The notes below the pieces were generated by a model. That model was given only the letters and a program-made list of their open reading frames with translations, ran no database searches and had not been told where the DNA came from. Below, piece by piece: positions 13,952-25,701 of a stretch of 64,000 nucleotides of DNA. Positions within the stretch are counted from its first letter, which is position 1. Every line of letters begins with the position of its first letter. The translations under genes were made by a program, and so were the position numbers. Origin of the DNA: Eledone cirrhosa (Eukaryota); contig OZ024740.1 of the NCBI GenBank assembly GCA_964016885.1, positions 270,630,001 to 270,694,000 of the forward strand, written 5' to 3'.

Positions 13952-16900
13952 GGCTAAAGAGTTGTTTCTACTTTTGGCACAAGGCCAGCAATTATCCCAG
14001 TTTATTACTGGTACTTTATTTTATTGATCCTGTAAGGATGAAAGGCAAAGTTAACCTCGGCGGGATTTGAACTCAGATCATAAAGGGAGGTAACTCTATG
14101 CTTCAAAGCATGGCGTCCGACCCTCTACCGGTACTGCCAATCCACTGCGTTAAGGCAAAATAGTGAGTCTTGTAACTCTGGAGTTTCCCCTGTTTATCAC
14201 ATGGTCATCAGATGAAACTCCAGAGTAACAAGACTCAATATTTAGCCTTAATAAAATGAATGTTAAAACTCTACTTTGATATTGAGTACTCTTTTCTCGC
14301 AGCTGTCAACCCTATCATCATCATCATCATCATCACCATTTTACATCCGTTCTTCCATGCTAGCATGGGTTAGACAGGTTGTCCTGTTGTGGGCAGTGTC
14401 TGGTCGGCTGACCATGCCTTGCTCATACAGGAACTGATTTTGGCTTGATTTCTACAGCTGGATACCCTTCCTAACAACAACCTCATTTACAGTGAGTGCT
14501 GGGTGCTTTTTCGTGGCACCTACACGTCCACTTTACAGTGTGGGCTGGATGCTTTTTTGCCGTGGCACCTCCATGACCACCTTGCAGTGGGAGGGTGTGG
14601 GGGCATATTGTCTATATGCTTCAGCTTGTACCCATGGGAGGTCGGGTACTCTGTATTACTGCGTGACGCCAGAGGTCACGGTTGTGTGTCATCGCCTTTG
14701 AGAGGTGTAATTGGGTCAGGTCGGCTTTTATCACCGCATCCCAGGTCTTCTTGGGTCTCCCCACTCCGCGGTTTCCATTGACTTCTAGTGCTCTGCACCT
14801 TTTTATGCAGCTGTCATCCTTCATACGCATCACATGTCTATACCAACGCAACCGCATCTGCACACAGCATTTGATTCCTCTTATGCTCAGTCTCTCTCTC
14901 AATTCATTTATGCTTTGTCGTTCGCGTATGTTACTATTACACATCCATCGGAGCATGCAGGCTTCATTTCTTTCTAATCTACGTAAGTCTTCCACCTTCA
15001 GCGCCCAGGTCTCACTACCATGTAACATTGCTGTTCGGATACACGCATCATACAGTCTGCCTTTCATTCTGAGGGAGAAGCCTTTTGTTCCCTGAACTTC
15101 TTCCATCCCGTTCTTACCCTAGTTATTGTACTTTATGAACACCCAGCTCTGCTGCTAATTCGGTCACCTAGGTAGCAGAAGCTGTCTACTGTTTCTACAG
15201 AGCCCTCCCAGAGATTGGTGGTACTTGTTTCCTGTGGCTGTTTGCTGCTTGCTGTCCCAGCACAGCTGCTGCATGTGAAGCCTACATTCTTAATTAAGCT
15301 TCCTGAGATCCCGCTACATCTCTTGTGTACCCATTGTTTGCATTTGTGGCAGAGAATGGAGTTCCTACCTACACCTTTCCTACATACTGAGCAACACCAT
15401 TTCCCTGAGGGGATCTGGGTTCTGTTTTCTCGTCTACTTACACGGACCTTAGTCTTTGTCATGTTGACTTTGAGACCCTTTCTTTCTAGTCCTTGCTTCC
15501 AAGTTTGGAATTTCTTCTCTAGTTCTACCATAGATTTAGCTATAAGTGCGAGGTCATCAGCATACAGGAGTTCCCATGGGCATCCGGTCTTAAACTCCTC
15601 CGTTATTGCCTGCAGGACTATGATGAACAGGAGAGGGCTAAGAACAGAGCCCTGGTGGACACCAACCTGTACGCTAAATTCCTCGCTATACTCATTGCTA
15701 ATCGTAACTTTGCTGACTGCTCCCCTATACATGGCTTATACAGCTTTCACAAGCCATTCATCTACTCCTAATTTTCTAAGAGCCCACCAGATTACAGCAC
15801 GTGGAACTCTGTCAAAGGCTTTCTCGAGATCGACGAATGCCAGGTACAGTGGCTTACTTTTAACTAGGTACTTTTCTTGTAACTGCCTCACAAGGAAGAG
15901 GGCATCAGTGGTGCCTCTTCCTGGTACAAACCCAAATTGCATCTCATCTAGTTTCATCCAGTCCCTAATCAACTGTGCTATAACTCTTTCTGTTACTTTC
16001 ATGACCTGGTCCATCAGCTTTATACCTCTATAGTTTCCTCTATCTAGTGCATCACCTTTACCTTTGTAGCAGTTGACAATGATGCTACTGCACCAATCTT
16101 TTGGTATGACACCTTCTAGTATTACCTGGTTAACAATACGTGTGGTTATAGTGTGACCTACAGACCCAGATGCCTTCAGCATCTCGGCAGCTATACCCGA
16201 TGGACCGGTTGCCTTCCCCACCTTCATATCTTTGATTGCCTTACTTACTACGCTGCTGCTGACTTGTACTGCTGGCCCCTCTATAGGGTCTACTTGGGGT
16301 AAGGTCTCTTCTTCCCATGCATTCTTCTCATTTAGTAATCTATCATAATGGCTCTTCCATGCATCTTTCTTCTCTGCACTTGTGAGGGCAAGCTCACCTT
16401 TATCATTCCGGATACACTTCTCTCCAATGACATCACAATTCTCTCTGACACACTGCCTCGCAATCTTGAACACCTCCTGTTTCTGGTCCTCACGTTGCAA
16501 AACATGCTTGAATTTTCTATCCTCTGCTTCCCTCCTAGCTAAGTATACTTGTCGCCTAGCTTCCCTGTTGGTCTCTATGTAATGTACCCTGCTCCCCCCG
16601 TTCTTCCATTCTTTACATGCCTGTCTCTTGGCCTTAACTGCCTCATCTACCTTATTGTTCCACCACCAAGTCACTCTCCTCCTGCTTGTGGTCTTACTCC
16701 AGCCACAGACCTCATCCGTCGCCTCTAGTAAGTTATTTTTTAGGAACTCCCAGTGCTCTTCTACATTGAATGTCTCTATCTGTTCTTCTTTACTGTCATA
16801 AGCATTGAGTAAAATATCTTTAAATCTGTTACTGGCTGAGGGGTCTTTCAGCTTCCAGATCTTTCTTCTCCAGGTTGGCCTCTGTTTCCAGGTTCGTCTA

Positions 16901-19900
16901 GTTCAGTTCTGACTGTGAGGTCGCTGACAACTAAGCTATGTTAGGAGGTATATTCCTCACTAGGGTAGGCTTTTGTGTTTACGACCATCCATCTGTCACA
17001 TCCTCTGATGAGGATAAAATCTATCTGACTAGAATGCTCCCCTGATCTATAGGTGATCAGGTGGTTGTCGGGTTTCTTGAAGTTTATGTTACATATCGAC
17101 ATGTCATTGGCGTCGCAGAATTCTAGAAGTCTGAATCCTTCTTCATTTCTTGTGCTAACCCCGTGGCCTCCATGGACTCTATTGAAGCCGTCACAGTGTT
17201 TACCTACGTGTCCGTTAAAATCTCCTGCGATGATTAGGAAGTCGTTTGTTAGAGCAGTAGTGTGCATTAGGGACTCGTAAAATCTATCCTTAAGTTCGTC
17301 TGGCAACCCCGATTGAAGAACAGTGGTGGTGGTAATAATGGCAGGGTGTGTTGGGCTGGGACGGGGGAGGAGAGAGTTAGGTAGTAGTAGTAGTAGAAGA
17401 AATGGCATGCTGAGGTTTGATTGGTTGAATAGGCTATGGTGGTGTGACTGAGTGAGTGGGTGGGAGGGAAATTGTGAGGTAGGCAGCCAGTCATGGCTAT
17501 CAAAATAACCAATAGAAGTGAATACAGCATGGCAAGATAACCGATAGAAATGAATACAGCTACAATAATAATAATTGTTTCTACTTTTGGCACAAGACCA
17601 GCAATTACCCAGTGTATTACTGAATAGCCAGTCATGGCCTGTAGCCTTTGATGGGAAAATAGACAGATAGAGGGGCAGCATGGTAAGAGAAAATGAGGGT
17701 AACAAAATAAATGTGTTGTGGATATATGACAGCATGATGCCTGTATGCAAAGGTCAATGCTATATGATAGTGAAATATTGGCTGTGACCTTAGAGGACAT
17801 ACATAGACTGGAGAGAAATGAAGCAACCATGCTTCATTGGATGTGTAATGTAAATGTGAGAGAAAGGCAGAGCTTGTAAAAACTGAGGGAGAAGCTGGGT
17901 TTAAGTGGAATCCAATGTGGTGTGCAGGAGAGAAGACTGCATTGGTACAGGCATGTGATGCACATGGATGATGATTGCTAGGTGAAGAAGTGCCAGGAAA
18001 TCCCAGTGGAAGGGAGTTGCAGTAGAGGTAGACCTGGAAAGATCTCAGAAATTGCTGAGACTCACAGAGGAGATGACAAAGGAATATGGTTTTAATTTGA
18101 AATTTAACTGAGGCATTTGAATAAGTAGCACTGAATTTCTAGAGGCAGTGAAGTTTTTTATTAGTCTTAAAATAAATTCTCAATGGTTTGAATATGTGTC
18201 ATTTATCGTTTCAATAAAATTCGTACTTGTCATGTACAGAGATTAAATCAGTTGACTATATCTTTCATCATGACAAATTTGTAGTTTTCTGCCAATATAC
18301 ATAATCAATTAATCAATATCTAAAGAGATATTTTTTAATATGATTTACCTGAGAGTGGGTAGTGGATGGCAGAATGGGGAGGGAATTGGACAAAAAATAC
18401 TTTGTGCAATGTAGTTGTATCACTTCACATTTTAGATCCAATGATGCAATCAATATATTATTTTGCCTTTTAGGATTTTTTAATCAATAAAATAAGTAAT
18501 AGTCAAATACTGGAGATAGTTGATTATATTATGCCACAAAATGTGAGATCTTATACAAAAGATATAAATCAAGATTTATTTGAAAGACAATAAATCTGTA
18601 AGAAAGTGACCTTTACAAGTAAATTTGTTGAGTATATATTATAAATGCATGATATAAAAGATTGTAAACACATGTATTCAGCAGAAAGTGATGTGATATG
18701 CTCTTGTGTATAAATACTTAATTCTCTAAGCCTCTAACTTAGCCACATGGAAAGTTTGACTACAAAAGGTACCAAAGCCAATGAATCACTTGTCAATTGT
18801 AGATTACAGCCATTGCATATACTAGAGAATAGTATTATCATATAAATGGTTCCAGTATCAATTCCATTTTGCAGCACCTTGAGCAAGTGACCTTTAGATT
18901 AATCAATACCTTGGGTTAATCAATACTTTGTGAGTAGAATTTGGTAGGTGGAAACTATAGAGAAGACTGCCATATATATGAGGGTTAGCTGAAAAGTTCA
19001 TAGGCTAACCAAGATATTCTCGTGGAATGACCAAATAAGGTTTATTTTTCAACATAGTCCCAGGAAAGGAAATGCAGTTATTAATAAGAAGAGTTGAAAT
19101 TAATGCATGCAAGATTTCACAGCTCTAGCATCACTCCTTCATAGTCAGCCTATTAACTTTTCAGACAACACTTGTATATAGACAGCAGCGATAGTGGCAG
19201 CAACAATGATGACTCATAATTTAGTTTCTGTAATGAAATGATGATGATATTGTCTCTGGCATTATGCAGTAATATAGATGACCTGCCTTCCCATGAGCAC
19301 AGGTTGAAACATACATCTAGGATGCACCACCTTACCCTCCATTCCCCTTCCACATACTAACACTTCACGCACACTTTAACACTGTCCCTCACACATGTCC
19401 CTAGATCTACTTCCACAATCCCCCACACAAGTCCTCAGCCTACACTGTAAAGTGGTTGTGTTATCAATACAACAAAAAAGCACCCAGCCCCCACTGTAAA
19501 GTGGTCATGTAGAATCCACAACAAAAGGCGCCCAGTCCATGCAGTAAAGTGGCTATGTAGATGTCATGACAAAAGGCACCTAGCCCACACTGTAAAGTGG
19601 TCATGTAAGTGTCACGACAAAAAACACCCAGTACAAACTGCAAATGTGGTTGGCTTTAGGAAGGGCATCCAGCTGTAGAAACCAATCCCAAATCAGTTCT
19701 GTATGAGCAAGACACAGTCACTTGATCAGGCTTGTCTCACAATCGGGCAACTCATCTAACCTATGATAGCATGGAAAAATGGATGTTAAACAGTGAAGGT
19801 GATGATGATAAGGATATTCCCTCTAATTTATTCTCTCTAGTTCAATGCTGACTATCCTAATAGAATTCTAATGCTATATCTCATTAATTTCATTGTGTAT

Positions 19901-21952
19901 GTAATTGCTGATACCAATTTTTCTTTTATTTTCTCCTCTGTGTAATTTAAATACTGATTTTCCAATACTTTAAGGTAAAACATCCTATTTGTATTAATCA
20001 TATTTTGTAAAACCTTAAATAATATCATCTAATAAATTTCATAAAATATACTTTCAGTATAATTATAAATAATGGTATATATGGAATTATTTCATCATTT
20101 ATATCCAATTAACTGAAGCCAGTATGATACTGGTATCATAATTGTATCATTAGTGTTTCAAACCAAAAGGAGTGGAAATCTAACAAACCCATGATACTTT
20201 TAATTCAAGTTTGTAAGATTTCAAGTATATAACAAAAAAAAACTCTCTCGATTGACTAGTCATTGTCTATGCTAACTCCAAGTAATGAAAGAAATAGGAT
20301 TAAATGATGGAAAAGAGGAAGAAGGAAAAGAAGTAAGGAGTTGTAGGAAAGGAATGAGCAGGATAGAAGCAGAAGAACGAATGAACCTATATAAAGAAAT
20401 AGAAAAGGCAAAATGAAAACAATTGAGAGAAAGAGTGTAAGACAAGGAGTAGAAAATATAATGGAGATACACAGATATGGATAAACTACATCTGGTTAAT
20501 ATTGACTCTGATTTTGTGGAGAATATGAAGTGTCTCCAAAATAGATTTTTCAAAACTAGTCTCGGGATACTCAAAATAAAATCTATATTAGTGTTTACAT
20601 GCATAAAACTTGAAGATTGTTTGTAGAGGTCAAGAAGATTTTAGAATTGACAATAAGAAGAAATAGGAGCAATTTAGAATTCTTTTCATAAATGATAATA
20701 GCCAGGATGCAGACAAGTTGCAAAAATGTTTTAATCCTGTCATATACTGTTTGCTAGTGGGACAGAAATACGTGTGACTACATCATTTATATATATATAT
20801 ACTTACTTACAGGTATATGTGTGTAAATATGTATATATATGAAGCAGCTATGCTTCATTGGATGTACAATGTAAATGCAGGAATGAAGATTGCATTGGTA
20901 TGGACATGTGATGTGCATAAATGATGATTGATGGACAAAGAAGTGCCAAGAAATCCTAGTGGAACAAAGCTGCAGTAGAGGTAGACGGATAAAATGTACC
21001 CAGTACATTTTGTAAAGTGCTTGGTGTTTTAGAAAGGGCATATATCTGAGACTCACAGAGATGACAAAGAAATACAGCAGTGGACAGATGCTGTGCTGAA
21101 AAAGACCTGTCCAACCCATGCAAGCATAGATATACGGATGTAAAAATGATGTAGATGATGATGATATATAGTTTGGTGTGCTGAGACCATGTAGATTACA
21201 AATCAGGGTGGTACTCTATGCATAGGAAGAAATGTAGTGAGTATAAAGGAAGATATACTTTCCTTTATACATATATACACATATTTTCTGTTTAGTGGGT
21301 TTATACACCTCATTATTAGACTATATTATGCAGTTAATTATATGTTTCAATATATATATATATATATATATATATGATAATAATGGAGCTGCGGCGCTGC
21401 AAATGGGTTACATATGAAAAAGTTTGTCCTCATCAGTGGCCTTCCAACCGTCGTAGGCATTTCGTCGCATTAAAGGCCATATATCTCAGGTTGGTGCGAG
21501 CAACGGCTAAAAAAAAGTCATTGGGACACGTAAATAAAGGGGACGCTAGGGTAAACAAACAAAATGGTTTAAGCAGCAGAAAGTGATGAAGAAGGAAACA
21601 AGTCCCAGATTTCTATGAATATAAATTCGGTGGAATCGTGAACGAGAGAATAAAGACCATCAAACCTGGTTGAAATGTGAGCAAGGAAGGAATTTCGCAC
21701 AGGTCTAACAGGAGGAAGAAGGGGTCTGGTCTGCGAATTCGGTAAACATAAGTTCTGTGAAGTCGCAGACGAGAGAGAGAAAAAAAATTCATCTGCTGCT
21801 TAAACCATTTTGTTTGTTTCCCCTAGCGTCCCCTTTATTTACGTGTCCCAACGACTTATTTTTAGCCATTGCTCGCACCAACCTGAGGTATATGGCCTTT
21901 AATGCGACGAAATGCCTACGACGGTTGGATGGCCACTGATGAGGACAAACTT

Positions 21953-22013
<61 letters not shown>

Positions 22014-23519
22014 ACAATTTGAAGGAGACAAGCTTTATGTGCAGTCAGTCCACATTGTGTGGTGGTAGTGATGGTTCCATTAAAAAGACTCCCAGTACAC
22101 ACTAAACTAGCACATACATGCATGCATGTATTATGTGCTTCCATAAGTTAGATGGGCTGTCACATTATGAGGCTAGACAGGTCAGTTGAGTATGTACTGC
22201 TTATATGCTTTGTTTTAGGCTTGTTTTTTCTATGGCTTTGATGCCCTTCATAATGCCAACTAGTTTACAGTGTGTACTGGTAGCTTATATACAGACAATA
22301 GAGATTGGAAGTTTTTTAACGAGATTGGAAAGCATGGGTACAATTGAAGCAGTTATTGTGTGTTGCTGTTTTGATTTATTGTTTTCATAAAGTTAGATCA
22401 TTTTGACTGGGTGGTGGTGGTGGTTGATGTTGTTGTTATTGTTGTTTTGTTGCTGTTGTAGATATTGGTGTTCATAATCTCTGACCGAGTCACTAAAACT
22501 GATGTCAGTCTATTTATAGATTTTTGTTGCCTCTTCCATTCAAATTTGTGGGAAGGGACGTTTTAGACATTCAGGTATAGTTAATTTGTGCTTTTTTCTC
22601 AACTTAACAAAGCACGTGTTTATGAGAATATTATTCAGTTTGAAAAAGTCAGAATCAAGAAAAAGTACTTTACCTGTTGCATCTGAGGCAGAAATATTTT
22701 CCGGGTATCTGGGCAGTTTCCTTATCCAAACAGTAGAGTGAAATAAGCAGACATAAACTCCCAACGATATAACAGAATTTAGCTCAAACACACATGCACA
22801 CATATTCATCATCATCATCATTTTACGTCCTCTTTTGATGTTGGCAAATGTTGTTACAGTCCAAGTTAGTCCTTATTTAATATTACTGCCCTCCTAGACA
22901 GGTCAAATGACATGTCTTGTTCATAACTTCCAGTTTTGGCATGCATTCCACAGATATATGCTCTTTCTAAAACACCAAGCACTTTAGAAAATGTACTGGG
23001 TACATTTTATCATGGCACTAGCACTAAAGTGGTTATTACATCCTCAGTAGAAATAAGATGCCCTTTCAACCCTATGACCAATAATCTCTTCAGTGACGAT
23101 GCCATGAAAATAAACCCTGTACACTAAGTAAGGTGGTTGGTGATAAGAAGGGCACCTCTCTAGAAACCATACCTAAAGTGCTTGAGGGGACCTCTTAGTT
23201 GTGTCAAAAGCACAGCAACTTCTCTAGTGTTGGTGATCTACACAATAAACACACCCAGTACATGCTGTAAACTTGTTGGTGATAGAAAGCTTGCGAAACA
23301 AAACGTTGGGATGAACCTTCATTGTATCAAGTCATGACAACCTTTCTAGTGCTGTGCCACAATAAAATGCACATGGTAGAATGTGGAACCATATGTAAGC
23401 AAGATGCAAACCCGCAGCGTGTTTGTCAAATCAGTAGCCCTGCTTCAATACTGACGCAGTTGTGAAGACCTGTCCAACCCTTGCTAGCAGAGAAAGAATG
23501 CATTAAATAATGATGACAA

Positions 23520-23558
<39 letters not shown>

Positions 23559-24177
23559 TTTATTAAAATAACAGATTAAAGTTTAAGCAAAGAATCACTA
23601 CTTTCACCCTTAACGGGATCTTCTGAAACTAGCAAAGTCGATCTGTGAACGCAGAAGTGAATATTTCAAAAAATGTTGCAACCAGAGGAAGACAAGAAGA
23701 TGATACTTTGGTTCATGGAAACGTTCCCTGGCAAAGAACGGGAAAAAACGAATATAATACGTCATTATTTGGAGCGGTGAAAAACAATTACACGCAAAGA
23801 CAGAACCACGTTTATGGTATAAAAGAAGTCGTACACGAAAAAGCATGAGATTAACGCTGACTTATCTTCCTCTCCCTTTCTATTTGACCGGGAGGGTAGT
23901 AGCACACTAAAAGCTTTACCCCCCTCACCAGATGGCCTCAAGTAGACCGAATAGCCAACACTTGAGGGCGACTGGCTAAACTGGAAGATGCTATATGGTC
24001 GGTCATCCTCCTGTCTTTGATTTTCAGCCCCATGGATTTTACCTATTACATTCATTTATTGTATTTCCAATACCTGATGATATCACCGGATTAATACTGA
24101 ACCCGGTCATTGAAATGATCATAGTATAATAAACCTTTCAAGGATTTACACAAGTCCAGCCTCCTGTCATTTTATTA

Positions 24178-24251
<74 letters not shown>

Positions 24252-24305
24252 CATCATCATCATCATCATTTAACGTCCATCTTCCACGCTAGCATGGGTT
24301 AGATA

Positions 24306-24360
<55 letters not shown>

Positions 24361-25660
24361 GGTGCGGACGATATTTGTTCGCAAGATTACTCTCTAGGAA
24401 AAAATAACACAGTAGTTTTATTTTTTAAGATATATTTATCAAACTAGGGTCAGTTTGTCTTCATGACTTGTTCTTTCGATCTCACTCGATAAACCCGCCA
24501 TTGGCTTTGATGACGGCCTCAAGGCGGCCTCGGAACCAGCTACAGGCCTTCGTCACTGTCCCCCAACTTAGGCCCCTAAAGGCATTGTGATCCTGGCCTT
24601 CAGATCGTCTTTCGTATTGCAGCTAGATCTGTTGGTGTTTCGTTCCTCTGCGCCCCACACAAAGAAGTCGAGGGGGTTGCAGTCAGGCGAGCTGGGAGGC
24701 CAGATGTCAGGTGAAGTGTGGTCCACGAAGTTCTCTGACAGCCAGGCTTGGGTCTTTCGGCTGATATGGCAGGGCACTGAGTCTTGCTGCCACACGTACG
24801 GCCTACCTGCAGCTACCTGGTTGATCCAAGGCTTTACTACCTCGTTCAGAACGCGGATGTAGCCATCGGTGTTCAGCATGAGGCCCTCAGGGAAGAAGTG
24901 AGGTGGCATGATGTCACCTTCACTGCTGACGACACCTAAGACCAATGTTGTCGCTGGAAACTTTGTCTGCATGACTCTGGGCACGTCTTTGGATGAGACA
25001 GCGAGCCACCTGTTGTTCTGGGAGTTGATCTTCTGGTCTTGGCAGAAGTTTTTCTCATCAGAGAAAAACAACAGCATGTCTGGCTCCAGTGGGTGTTTCA
25101 ACTTGTTGATCAGCTTCTTTGTGTGCTTCAGTGGCTTTTCTTGCATCGCCTTTGACAGAAACTGTCTTTTCCTCATCTTGTATGAAACGTAACGAATGTC
25201 TTCATGTACCACCAGCCTAATGAGCTTTTCATCCACACCTTTCTCCCTTGCAATGGCATGCATCAACTTGCTAGGTTCATTGTTGATGATATCCTGAACT
25301 TCAGCAACGAACTCAGGCGTTCTGAAGGCGTCAGATCGTCGATCATGTGTTTTCCTCTCTGATGTTGCTTCGTAGTCGAATCCTGAATCTTCCAATTCCT
25401 TTCTGACCTTTTCCACCATTCTTCTGCTGACGCAGAGAAAGTCTGAAATTTCCTTATTTGTCCTCCCAGTGCAGATTCCAAGAAGAGCACTGTGTCTCTT
25501 CCACAAATTTGGAGGTTCAAAATTATTCATAATCAATTATTCTGAAAATAAATAATGGAAATATAGTCACTGTTTTTATGAAGACAAGAGTGACAACGGA
25601 AGTATAAAAAATTTGCATAAAATTAGCAGTTGAAAATTGCGAACAAATATCGTCCACATC

Positions 25661-25701
<41 letters not shown>

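Larger units (their letters stand above)
21385..21960. mobile_element. Inverted pair of PLE-type repeats (arms about 21411-21581 and 21793-21960) between (TA)n tracts, each carrying a permuted hammerhead
   Basis: Near-identical inverted arms of about 170 bp around a spacer of about 210 bp; (TA)n on both sides. Confidence 0.8.
23560..24180. mobile_element. Two divergent HHR-bearing PLE-type fragments between (TA)n tracts
   Basis: Left part repeated at 47740-47860; HHR on - strand at the left end and on + strand at the right end. Confidence 0.6.

Noticed and set aside
15215-16033. 272-aa + strand ORF and similar antisense ORFs (14682, 29762, 63216, 63660, 24587, 24908)
   Set aside because: Antisense shadows of RTE or transposase coding sequence.
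21385-21960. Interpretation as a MITE with long TIRs
   Set aside because: Arms are unequal at the outer ends and the arm sequence occurs singly at 26130-26395 and 47535-47700, which fits an inverted retroelement repeat better.
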